From assembly GCA_025603075.1 (NCBI GenBank), contig MU626345.1, forward strand, positions 21,856 to 85,855: 64,000 bases of DNA, written 5' to 3'. The notes under the pieces are model-generated. The model worked only from the letters and a program-made list of their open reading frames with translations, was not told where the DNA came from and did not search any database. Positions 10,525 to 22,015 of the stretch are shown one piece after another. This DNA is from Neoconidiobolus thromboides FSU 785. Lineage: Eukaryota; Fungi; Entomophthoromycota. The position numbers were made by a program, and so were the translations under genes. Position 1 is the stretch's first letter, and each line of letters begins with the position of its first letter.

Positions 10525-12696
10525 TTAATGCAAAGTTGGCATATTTACGGTAGCTCTGGTAGAAGTGGCATCTTCTTCACGCCATAAAGAAGTTATAGTT
10601 TTAAGTTGGGTATAAAATTGGACACCAGAACGACCATAAAAGTTAATATCTCCACGAATAGAGTCTCTAGATCCAGTGAAAGCGAACATCGGAAGTGGGA
10701 CAGGCTAAATAAGACGTATTAAATAAATATGATAAATAAGTTAAAAGTTATATTACAATTGGAACATTAACACCCTATAAAAAAATAAAAGTTAGCACTC
10801 GTTTTGCAAACTAAATAATTAAAAACTTACAACTTGACCGATATCAATTTCTTTACAGAATTTCTTGGAAACAGAGCCTGAAGTGGTAAAGATAGCAGTA
10901 CCATTACCATAACGATTAGCGTTGACGACACTGATGGCATCATCTAAAGTATCGACATCAAGACATACTAATACTGGAGCAAAGATTTCTTCTTGATAAC
11001 ATTTCATGTGTGGTTTGACATTAGTGATAATAGTGGGACCTAAAAAGTTTCCTTTTTCATAACCAGCAACCTAAAATTGTTAAGTAAATTGAACTAAATA
11101 AGAGTATAGCTTTGTTACAGTTGGGTTACGACCATCAAGGATGACGTTAGCACCTTCATCAATAGCTGATTGAATAAGATCATGAGCACGTTTAAGGGCC
11201 TTTTAATAAATTAGTTAGTATGATTGCAAACTAAACTATCGATGATAATTACATCTTTAGAGATCATTGGACCAATATCAGTATTGGCTTGGAAACCTTC
11301 ATTAACACTTAATTTTTGAGCACGCTCAACAAGTTCAGGCAACCTAAAAAAGAAATTTAAAAAAACATCACCTGTCTTATCAAAAATAGTTACCATTCTT
11401 TAGATTCACCAACGAAGACAGCAGTTGAAAGAGCCATACATCTTTGACCAGCAGCACCGAAAGCAGCACCAGTCAAAGCATTAAGAGTATGGTTTTTATT
11501 AGCATCTGGCATAATTACACCATGGTTTTTAGCACCTAAATTAGCCTAAATAATAATAAATGCGAACCAAACTTAACTATCTACTATCTTACTTGGACTC
11601 TCTTTCCGTTTTTACTACCACGTTCATGAATATATTTACCAGCATGATCGGAACCAACGAAGGAGATAGCTTTGATACTTGGTTCATCACAAATAAAGTT
11701 AACGGTATCTACTGAACCATGTACAACATTTAATACACCTTTAGGAATACCAGCTTGCTCAGCTAATTCAGCTAAAATCATCATTGCTCCTGGATCTTTT
11801 TCAGATGGTTTAATGATAATAGTATTACCGGTGGCAATAGCTACTGGGAACATCTGATAGGGTTTACAGTTATTATTTTATTCCTGAGTTTAATTATATT
11901 AATTACCCATAATGGAATCATAGCTGGAAAATTGAATGGACAGATACCACCAACAACACCTAACGGTTCACGTACGGTGTAGGTATCCATATCTTTAGCT
12001 ACTTCAGTAATTTGTCCTAAAGTGTATTCTGGTAATCCACACATCGATTCAACGACCTCTAAATAAAATTTAAATAATTTTCAATAATAGTAAATAACTA
12101 AGCTTACGTAATCCACGTAGTACGTCACCTTTAGCATCTGGGAAAGTTTTTCCTTGTTCAGTAACAATGGAAGTAGCAATACGATCCTATTTAACTATAT
12201 TAGTAAAAAGTAATAAATTCCCAATATGATATTACCATGTTGTTACGAATAAGAGCTTGTAAGTCTAACATTTTACGTTGACGAGATAAAACAGAGGTAT
12301 TTCTCCAAGTTTTAAAAGCTTCTTTAGCAGTTGAAGCGGCATAAGCCAATTCTTCTGGAGTAGATTCTGGAACCAAAGTTAAAAGTTCTTGGGTGGCCTA
12401 AGTAAATAAAAAGTAAATAAAACAAGCGCAATATAATTAATGTTAATAATCTTACCGGATTACGAAGTTCAATCCATTTTTTAGTTTTGGATTCAACAAA
12501 CTCGCCATTGATATAATTTTTAGTTACATATTTTGGTTGTTCATGATTTAAGACGCTAACAGTGAAGTTGCGTACTTTGAAAGATAATGTTTTCTTTGAG
12601 GAAAGCCTAAAAAATATATAAACATCCTTTCTTTATCTATAACCATATAGTAAATTACTGTGCTAACTTAAAACCTTTTAGTGTATTAATGAGCAT
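10525..12696 (-). CDS. ALDH6A1: Methylmalonate-semialdehyde dehydrogenase (CoA-acylating), mitochondrial, multi-exon
   Basis: Exons encode [52 protein letters not shown] and [24 protein letters not shown] at 12696, stop at 10525. Confidence 0.93.
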
Positions 12697-13545
12697 CTTA
12701 AAAAATTACTTTTATTATATAACTCGAATTTCGAAATTTATACTATCTTTTTAGCCACCTCGGCATAGCCAATCACTATCGACTATGATTCTCACCTTTC
12801 GTCAAGTAAGCTTTTAGATATTATTCTTATCCCTTTTGTCGAGATTACTAAATTTACTACTCAACTTACTTTTAATTTTAGTCTTTATCAGCTGATTCGG
12901 TGAAAGATTAAAGCTGTGTAAAGGTAGCCAATAAATGGGCAAATAATATTTGAAACTTGACCTATCACTAGGTTTAGTTTGCTAAAAAAATACAATGTTT
13001 ATTCATTTTATCTATTGATATTTATTAGGGTTCGTGTATGTTTAGGCGATTTTTAATTAAGGAATTAAGTAGAAACTTATCTGGTTTCTAATATATCTAT
13101 TTTAAAATACCTAAAAAGGGGCTAGTAGCTGACCTGCTGTAATAAGCAATCTCCCGATTTTAAAGGTAAACCATATTAAATATTTTCATAAAGTTTGTTT
13201 TCCAAAGTGATCCTGACCACTTTTCAATAATTATATCAGGGTTGCTAGTTACGAATGTGGATTTCTGAATAAATGCTTTATCCACCATGCAGCTTTTAGT
13301 TAAAATCTTTTCTCTAATTTTTTAAATAAAAATAAACTTAATTTATAACTTTAGTTTACAACTTTGGTTACTTATATTACTACTCGTATAACTATAAATA
13401 ATAGATTAAGTTAAATTAAATGCTAAACTTGACAACTTATTAAATAAAGGACATTTTTTTCAGATTTCAGTTTTAATATCTATAAAGAAACTGACTAAGT
13501 AAGTGTATTACAATTATAAATTAATCATTGTCACATTGTAAACTT

Positions 13546-16500
13546 TTAAACAATCTCAAGAATCTTTTTGAGTTTAACGATAAGTACCCATTCCTCTTTG
13601 CTTACATCCTCACGGAAAGTTTCCTTTAATACATCAATCGATTTACGTGTAATATGGGAGTAAAATTCATCCTTCTCAGTAAAGTGACGACCAAACAATT
13701 TAGGAGTTTCATTGATCCCGGACTCTATCTTTACAGCTACACCAGCACCTGCCATACCTCGTTTAACTACATCAACTGGCTTATGATTCGATTCAATACC
13801 AGTAACAGTACCTAGATTTATTACTTCTCTCTTCTTGGTTGCTGGGTCAAAGTGAACCACACAGATTGGGGTTCCAACCCTTAAAGCACCTTCTATGACA
13901 TCGGCACCAAAGATAATTGGATCACGTCTAGAAAAGATGGCACCTGGCACCATTTTAAGGACACAAGGAAAGATAGCATCAGATGCTTGATCTTTACGTT
14001 TCTGCTCTCTAATCGACTTAGAATACTCTGTGAATTTATCGAACAAATGGTAGATAATATCAGCCTTAAATATTTTAACGCCTAATTGTTCAGCAATAGC
14101 ATTAGCATCTTTATCAACCTCAACATCGAAAGCTAAAAGTACTGCATACTCTCTAGCTTTTTCTAACATCGTAGAGCATCTAATAACATCCCTCTTATAA
14201 ACTGGACCAATATTGATACCTGAAACTGGGATCTTGGATACCCTTAAGAATTCTAAAAGAGCTTCTAATGAACCTAAAGTACTTGCTTGTACACTTACAC
14301 CACGACCGGAGGTATCAATAGATTTCAATAAAGTTTGAAGATCTTCCATAACTTCATCCATTAAATCTTCCTCATCATCATCAGGCCCAACTACAAGTAA
14401 TCGAGAACCAGCAATAGCCTTTTCAAGATCTGGAGCAGAAATCTTAACACCAAGAGCTGCCTTGACACGCTTATGATGAACATATGATGATTTAACTCTT
14501 AACTCTTTAAGAGGTTGAGGCGTAAGAAGTGCTCTTACTTGTGTAACAATAGGTCCATTCAAACCACAAACAACAATACGATCACCTTCATTCAAATAAC
14601 CATTAGAAAGCACTACATCAATAGTTGTACCAAGACCTTCGATTACTTTAACTTCTAAAACAGTACATTCAAGTTCAGAAACGTACATTAATTTATCAGT
14701 TAATCTGGTTTGTGTCAAAGTGACCAAGAGATCGAGAATATCTGGTACACCTTCACCAGTAATAGCTGAAGTAGGTACAAACGATACATACTTAGCGAAA
14801 TTCTTATTTTCGTAATAAAGTTTAGCATTAAGACCTTGTTCAGCAAAAGCTAAGATAGTCTTTTCAACTCTTGTATCAAATTCTTCTTTAACACTCTTGG
14901 TTTGTTTAGATAAAGAATCTAAAAAGCCATTGTTTGGAATTGGTTTCCATCCATAGATACGATCAATCTTGTTAAGTGCAACAATGAATGGTGTTTTACG
15001 TTGCCTTAATAAACGAATAGATTCAAGAGTTTGGGGTTCGAGCCCGTGCATAATATCTACAACCAATATAGCAATATTACAAAGGGAGGAACCTCTAGAA
15101 CGAAGATTGGTGAAAGATTCGTGACCAGGGGTATCGATAACTAAAAGACCAGGTAATTTATAATCGGCTATACTATTATTTTTAAGAATCTCAGTCTTTT
15201 GTTTAATATTTTCAATTGGGAAGTAAGTAGCACCAATTTGTTGAGTAATACCACCAGCTTCACCTTCTTGGACATTGGTTTGTCTAATTTTATCCAAAAG
15301 TTTGGTTTTACCAGTATCTACATGACCAAGGATACATGCAATAGGTGAACGTAAATCATCCTTTGACCTAGCTGCCATGGCTTCCTCAATTCTTTTATGA
15401 CGACGTTCTGATGCTTCTTTCTTCTTTTGAAGTGCAAGTTTCTTAGCATGGCTTAATTCTTCATTGCTATCATCTGAATCATCCTCTGAATCATCCTCTG
15501 AATCATCCTCTGAGTCTTCATCTTCTTCGTCTTCATCTTCTTTATTTTTAGATTCTGGAGCTTTAGTAGCAGGAGCAGCTTTACTATTGGTTTTAGGAGC
15601 TTCAACTTTCTTTTCTTCTTCTTTTTCTTCTTCCTCCTCGGAGTGGTCTTCCCAGCTTTCCTTAATTTCCTCCTTCTCTTCTTCCTCAGAGTCTTCCCAG
15701 CTATCTTTAACTCCTTCAAGCTCTTCTTTGCCTTCTTTATCAGAAGCATCCCAATCTTCTTTAACTTCTTCCTTAACTTCTTTCTTAACTTCTTTCTTAA
15801 CTTCTTTCTCAACAGCAACTTTAGGGGCTTCTGCAACCTTACCATGCTTTTTGACTATTTTAGTTTCAGATATAGTTGGACTAGGAGCAGTTGTATCTTC
15901 TTTCTTCTTGTTGTTTTTCTTTTTTGAACTATAAACAATGCGTTTTGGTTTATTATCCACAGCTTCATCAACCTTGTCGTCAGAAGTAGAGGCTAAAATG
16001 GAAGAAGAGATCATACCACTTTTAATTAATGCCTCCCTCTTAAGATCAGCTTTCCTCTTAGCTTCCTTTTGTGCTTTAGTTAAGAGTTTACCCTCTTTAC
16101 GTAATTGTTCACGTTTTTCAGCGTCTTTTTGCTTCTTGGCAAGCCTGGCTTCCTCCTTTAACCGTTCTTCTTCAGCAATACGCTTCTCTTCTTCCTCTAT
16201 TCTCTTCTTTTCCTCCTCTTCGAGACGACGTATTTCTTCTTCTAATGCCTTGGTTTCTTCCATCTTTTTCTTAAGAGCTGCAATAACTCCACCTGGACCT
16301 TTCTTTTTACCTTTACCTTTACCTTTAGAAGCTTCCTCCACTTGTTCAACTGGTGTCTCTTCAGCACCAAAATTCTCTTCAGCTTCAGCTTTTTTCCTTT
16401 CAGCTTCAGCTTTCTTCTTTTCAGCTTTTTGGCGTTCTTTTCTTTCCTTTTCTTTTTGTTTGGCAGATTTAAGTTTAGGTGCGGAATCCTCTTCAATGTC

Positions 16501-17408
16501 AACATTTTTAGCTTTAACTAGTTCCTCTTTAGCCTTGACTGGTTCATTTTCAGCTGGTGCAGCGTCTTCAGCACCCAAATCAGCATAAAGATCCTCTTCT
16601 AAATCATAAGCTTGCTTCTTCTTTCCTTTTCCTTTTCCTTTTCCTTTCTTTGGGGCTTCAGTTGAAGCAACTGGAGCTACTGAGTCATCCTCGATAAGGG
16701 CAGCTAAGGCATCTAAGTCATCGTCCTTCTTATTTTTCTTTTTCTTCCCTTTTCCAGTTGAAGGAGCTGGAATGGATGAATCTTCAATCAAAGCAGCTAA
16801 AGCATCGAGCTCATCATCCTTCTTTTTATCTTTTTTACCTTTTTTACCACCTTTTTGGGTTGTAACTGGAGCAGATATATTTTCGACTTCTTCTTTATCT
16901 TCTTCAGCGACTTCATCTTCTAAAGCATCAAAAGAGATTTGTTCTTTACCTTTACCCTTTTTAGGTTTCACAGGAGCCTCATCAACATCCATATCTTCTA
17001 GAGCATCAAACGAAAAAGTGTTGGACTTTTTCGAACCTTTACCCTTCTTTTTTGATACTGGAGCATTAAAAGAATCAGCTTCTTCGTCCGATAAGTTTGC
17101 TAAAGTTAAGATATCTGGGGCATCGGTATTGTCATCAAAAGCAGCGTTCTTTTTTTTGGATTTTTTATCCTTCTTTTTAACACTTTTGGAAATCATTGAC
17201 ATTAAACCACCTTCTTCTTCTTCACCAAGAAGTGCTAAAAGGTTTGTTTTTTTATTGTCATCCAACTCTTCTTTTTGCTCAAGAGCAGTAAGATCAGTAT
17301 CGATTTCTGGACCATCCCTAAAAGATAGTTAATTAATATACAATAAATGAGAAATCTCAATTACCAGTAATCATCTTGTTGTTTTTTTCCACCTTTCTTT
17401 TTACCCAT
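13546..17408 (-). CDS. FUN12: Translation initiation factor eIF5B, 2 exons (17408-17366, 17318-13546)
   Basis: [32 protein letters not shown] and NKID GTPase motifs. Long acidic/basic N-terminus. First exon [15 protein letters not shown]. Confidence 0.96.
15478..15810. repeat. Two in-frame 12-bp tandem arrays within eIF5B (EDDS x3, KEVK x4)
   Basis: ATCATCCTCTGA x3 near 15478-15513 and TTAACTTCTTTC-like x4 near 15761-15810. Confidence 0.8.
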
Positions 17409-18295
17409 TTTTAATATAAAGTTAAGTAGTTATCTTAAACTATAGTTAATTTTATTTGATTCTTATTGTAAGAATAAGAATAAAAAGCAAAAATTAAAAA
17501 TTGGGGCAGCTGCGTATTAATGATGAGAAAAAATAGCTGCGAATTTTGTTTTGCAGAAGCTGAAATTTCTTTTGGGCAATAATTTCATCAATTTTATTTG
17601 GAAATGCTGTTCTGGATGGATGTTTTCGATTTTGAATAATAATCTTAATATTTAAAATTTTAAAATTTTAAGTTACTATAAGCTATAATGTTTTATTAGA
17701 AGCGAAACCAGCCCAGTTGTATGTATAAAACAATAGCTAGTTATGAAATTTCATGATGGTGGAAAAGTCAATTAGATGCTATAAAATGAATAACTTTTAT
17801 TTTATAAAATCTATTTTGGAATGCTTCGAATCATTTTTTTTTAGTTTGGTCAAGATATCATTTACTATGTCAAATGCTATACTATTAAATGAGTATGCTC
17901 TTAATACCTATTGACATATGTTGCTTTTGTATATTATTGTAAAGTGATGAATCTAATAATATCGTAATTTTATTAGTATTATAATAGAAGATGAAAATTT
18001 ATAAATACCTATTAAGATAAATGTATTAGCTATTGTATGTTTAAATAATAAAATTTGTTAAAACTTCTAATTTTATATTACTTTTGATTTCACAATGATA
18101 GAGCAAATTCAAGAATGGAAAAGTCTCAAATTTAAAACGCGAAATCCAAGTATTTAGATTTTAAATTAAATAAAGTCCTAATTTTCCAAAGAATTAAATT
18201 GTACTCAAAAAATAATTCGGTTAAAGATAGAAAACCTTTATCTTTTAATCCATTTAAATTATAGAATTTTAAAAAACTTAATTAATTAAATAGAT

Positions 18296-19900
18296 ATGGA
18301 TGAGACACCAGAAAGAGTACCATTGCCTTTAGACGATACTACCAAAATTGTTATATGGGTGTTATGTTTAGGTGGTGTAGTATTGTTTGCATTATTTGCT
18401 GTCGTATGCACTTATATTTATCAACGTAAAAAACCGGAACTTATTAATGAGTTAGAGTTCTTTTTAACTGCAAGAAACACTCAACCCACAATTCGAGTAG
18501 CGTGGAGTTTTGTTGCTGGTGTATTAGGTGCTTGGATCTTAGCTGGTCCACCAGGCTATGCAGTCACTGCAGGTGTAATTGGTTTAATATTTTATGCTTT
18601 AGCTTCTGGTTTACCAGTTTTATTACTTGCTTTTGTTGGTGACAGAATACAAAAGAAACTACCTAATGTAATTTCTTTCTGTGATTATGTTCATTATCGT
18701 TTTGGTCTCGTACCTCAAATCTATGTCGTGATTATTATGTTACTTAATATGGGTATTGGTTTAACTGCCGAATATACTGCTGTAGGTGATATCTTTGAAA
18801 ATGTATTGGGTATCAATCGTATCCCAATTTTAGTTACTGTTGGTGTGTTAACTATGGTTTATACTGCTTACGGTGGTCTTTATGTTTCTATTATTACGGA
18901 TCAAGGACAAGCCATTTTCGCTTCTTTATTATTAATAGTATTATCAATTTATGTCGGTGCTACTTTTAGACCTGAATTGGGACCACTACCCGATTTCCTT
19001 CAGCCTACATATACAGGGTTTTCATCGATTGCAGCTATGCCAATATCCTTATTTTGTGCAACTGTTTATTCAGAAGCACCATGGCAACGTATTTGGGCTT
19101 CAGAGAATCCACAAGCTCTTAAAACTGGAGCTGCATTAGCTAGTTTTATTATTTTTGTTTTCGTTTTCGTATTTGGATTATTTGGCTTTTTAGCTGCATG
19201 GGCAGGTTATCCCACAGATGATCCAAATCTTTTGGTTTTTTCTTTATTAGCTCATGGTGAAAAAGTAGCCCCTTCTTGGATCATTGTGATAATGGCTTTA
19301 CTAATTATTACTATGAATGAATCTGCTGTTGACAGTTTTCAAAATGCTTTGGTAGATACTATTTCTACTATGGTATTAAGAAACCGCTCAGTTAATTGGG
19401 CTCGTGGGTTAGTAGTTCTTATTAATATTCCAATTATTATAGTTTCATTACAAAATTATCCTGTTATTAACTTATTTTTAATTGGTAATGTTATTACTTC
19501 CACTTCAGCCTTACCCATGTTATTAGGTTTATGGGATGGAGGATATAATATTGTTACTGGAGCTTCAGTTGTATTTGGTAGTTTATTTTCTTTAATTTCA
19601 GTTATGGTTTATGGTATTATTACAATGGATGGGGATGCTAACAAAGGACTCAATTTTGTGTTTTTTGAATCCTATGATTATCCTACTTTCTTAATTGCTA
19701 CTGGGTTTTCTTTAATTGGTGTAGCCCTCTGGGTAGCTGCTGTAAAAGTAATTGAGCTTTTAGGTATTCGTACCATATACTTGCCAGGGTTTAAACCAGG
19801 TTATTTAAATACTACAAATGATGCATTTGATAACACTGATCCACTTGCTATCAATTCTCATTCTCATACTCCTAAATCAAACGACAGTAGAAATCATTAA
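18296..19900 (+). CDS. Sodium:solute symporter family transporter (DUR3-like urea/polyamine group), intronless
   Basis: About 13 hydrophobic segments; EFFLTAR, YTAYGGLYVSIITDQGQA and PWQRIWAS motifs. Substrate not determinable. Confidence 0.85.
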   Translation: MDETPERVPLPLDDTTKIVIWVLCLGGVVLFALFAVVCTYIYQRKKPELINELEFFLTARNTQPTIRVAWSFVAGVLGAWILAGPPGYAVTAGVIGLIFYALASGLPVLLLAFVGDRIQKKLPNVISFCDYVHYRFGLVPQIYVVIIMLLNMGIGLTAEYTAVGDIFENVLGINRIPILVTVGVLTMVYTAYGGLYVSIITDQGQAIFASLLLIVLSIYVGATFRPELGPLPDFLQPTYTGFSSIAAMPISLFCATVYSEAPWQRIWASENPQALKTGAALASFIIFVFVFVFGLFGFLAAWAGYPTDDPNLLVFSLLAHGEKVAPSWIIVIMALLIITMNESAVDSFQNALVDTISTMVLRNRSVNWARGLVVLINIPIIIVSLQNYPVINLFLIGNVITSTSALPMLLGLWDGGYNIVTGASVVFGSLFSLISVMVYGIITMDGDANKGLNFVFFESYDYPTFLIATGFSLIGVALWVAAVKVIELLGIRTIYLPGFKPGYLNTTNDAFDNTDPLAINSHSHTPKSNDSRNH

Positions 19901-19957
19901 GTTAAGATACTATATGCTTTAGAATAAACTTAATTTTATATTCGATTATTACTATAT

Positions 19958-20055
19958 GGGGATGTATTTTTGTGTTTAAGAATTTTATTGACAATTTTTC
20001 CGCTTAAATAGCGCTCAAAAAATAGAAAGAATAATGAAGTTGAAAAAACACTCCC
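19958..20055 (+). mobile_element. MITE copy 9
   Basis: ATAT[GGGGATGT...ACACTCCC]ATAT, 57 bp after the transporter stop codon. Confidence 0.92.
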
Positions 20056-21428
20056 ATATATTGTTATTTTGAACTTATTTATTCATTTACAATTATCATG
20101 ATAGTCATTATAAATCAATGTTACGCTTCAGTTAAACTATCTTTTAAAAATTACATGTCTAGAACAATGTTTATAAATGTACTGAGATAAATATAAATTA
20201 TAAAAATTTTAGTCTAAAGTCACTACAAGTAGTAGGATCAAAGAATCCGTTCTCCAGAAGCTCACAATCTTTCTTAGATTATTTTAATCTGAGGGATGAA
20301 AGAAGAAACTCTTTAACTAAGAAAGATTTTTACTCAGAAACACAATTTATGTTAGAGAAGGGTTTGATTGAGGCTTAAAGACCCTTTCATACTACTGGAG
20401 GTGAATAATACAAATAATATAAGCGATATTTAGTGAAAGGAATAAAGTGGAATAAGATGTAGATAAATCTGAAGCAATGGAAAGGTCTTTATACTAATAA
20501 ATAAATAAAAATTGGTATAATTCACTAAAACATGAGATACTTTATTATAGATAGACTGAACTTAAGAACATAATAAAAAACGATGGGATAGCAAACCAAT
20601 ATCCAAAATTATTTATGTTTTTCTATAATATTTTGGCAAACATTAAATAAAAACACTACTTTAAATCACATAAACAATTTTGTATCAAATTGTTTTTTAG
20701 ATTATATTTCAAATATACTAAGCAAATATGAATAAAATATAGATATCTAAAACTAAGATATACACTGCCCACGAAATAATTTACTTGGTATACTATCTAA
20801 ACATTTCTTAAAAGACCTTGGATTCATAATGAATAGATATTTTATTAGATAAAGCCAAGTTTACAAAATAGGTTAGAGTGTCATTTGGTAGGAGCCTTGA
20901 TGCTCTAAATACTGAACTTTAGCCTTTTGGTCCTACAAAAAATATCATGTTTTTAGTCTATTCATCATTCAATATATAGATGTGATCCAAGTAAGTTGGA
21001 GTCAATGCCTTCTGAACAAAATTCATAATATATATGGTAAATCGTTTAAAGAACGGGCCTTACAAAACTGGAAGCAAAGGTAGGTTTGAATTCATCTAAT
21101 GAAAGTTTTAGGTGACAAGAGAAAAGGGAGGAATGGTCAATACTACAGGTGATTAGATCGAAAATTGCTTTGGATCCTAAATTTAGTGCACAAGAACAGC
21201 CGAAGGATCAGTGGATTTTCCTTTTAAATTTAATACAATCAAGTATTATAATACTATCAATGAAATCAAAGTTGAAATCAATTCAAACCTAGTGAGAAAT
21301 CAAAAAAGAAGAGGTTTTCAGATAGGACGATTACTAATAAAATATACGAAAGACTAAATCTAGTCACTGATTTACCTATAATGTTACAAGTGTTATCAAT
21401 TAGCGTTGTTAGTTTAAAATTAAGATAT

Positions 21429-21526
21429 GGGGATGTATTTTTGTGTTTAAGGATTTCACTAATAGGTTTTCTACTCAAATAGTGCTTAAAAGATGGAAAA
21501 AGTGATGAAGCCAAAAAAACATCCCC
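21429..21526 (+). mobile_element. MITE copy 10
   Basis: ATAT[GGGGATGT...ACATCCCC]ATAT with perfect terminal 8-bp inversion. Confidence 0.92.
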
Positions 21527-21918
21527 ATATAGAGCTCTGAAGGGAGAGTTTAAATATATTAGAGCTAGAGTTCTTGAGGAAAGTATTGGATATTAAGCAA
21601 ACGCATGAAAACAATGAAAGTTATCAATGTTAGTTATCCAACCTGTTAATATGGAGGAAGTATAAACGTTGATATGTTTGATAGATTTAGTCATTATAAT
21701 CATAGCATAATTTAAAAAATATTATCTCTTTTATTACACATAGAAATTGCTTTTGCCAATATTATTCAAACTGTCATATGTTATAAATAAATTAGCATGT
21801 AAACCAGTTTGTAGATAGCGTATATTAATCCTAAATATATTTTTTTTTATTAATGTTAATTGAAGTTTATTTAAACTACTCTAATTAAACTAATAAGTGA
21901 TTATAATATAAAGCATAT

Positions 21919-22015
21919 AAGGATGATTTTTTTGAATGGAAAAATTGCTAATAAAATTTTTAAACAAATAATGTTTAAAAGACAGAAAAAGTAATGAAAT
22001 CAAAAAAAACATACT
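21919..22015. mobile_element. MITE copy 11 (degenerate, rearranged)
   Basis: Left part reads like a deleted reverse copy; right part reads like a forward right end (GAAAAAGTAATGAAATCAAAAAAAACAT). Confidence 0.55.

Noticed and set aside
13207-13245. 10-bp stem GTGATCCTGA/TCAGGGTTGC as a possible ncRNA
   Set aside because: Needs three G-U pairs, and no snRNA, snoRNA, SRP or tRNA motif is recognisable.
15453-17332. Long overlapping and antisense ORFs (up to 216 aa) over the eIF5B N-terminus
   Set aside because: Shadows of low-complexity Lys/Glu/Asp codons; they give poly-Ser/Phe/Leu or poly-Lys text with no domain.
17515-17570. GATGAG and TGAAATTT upstream of eIF5B as PAC/RRPE elements
   Set aside because: Only partial matches, too short to be significant here.
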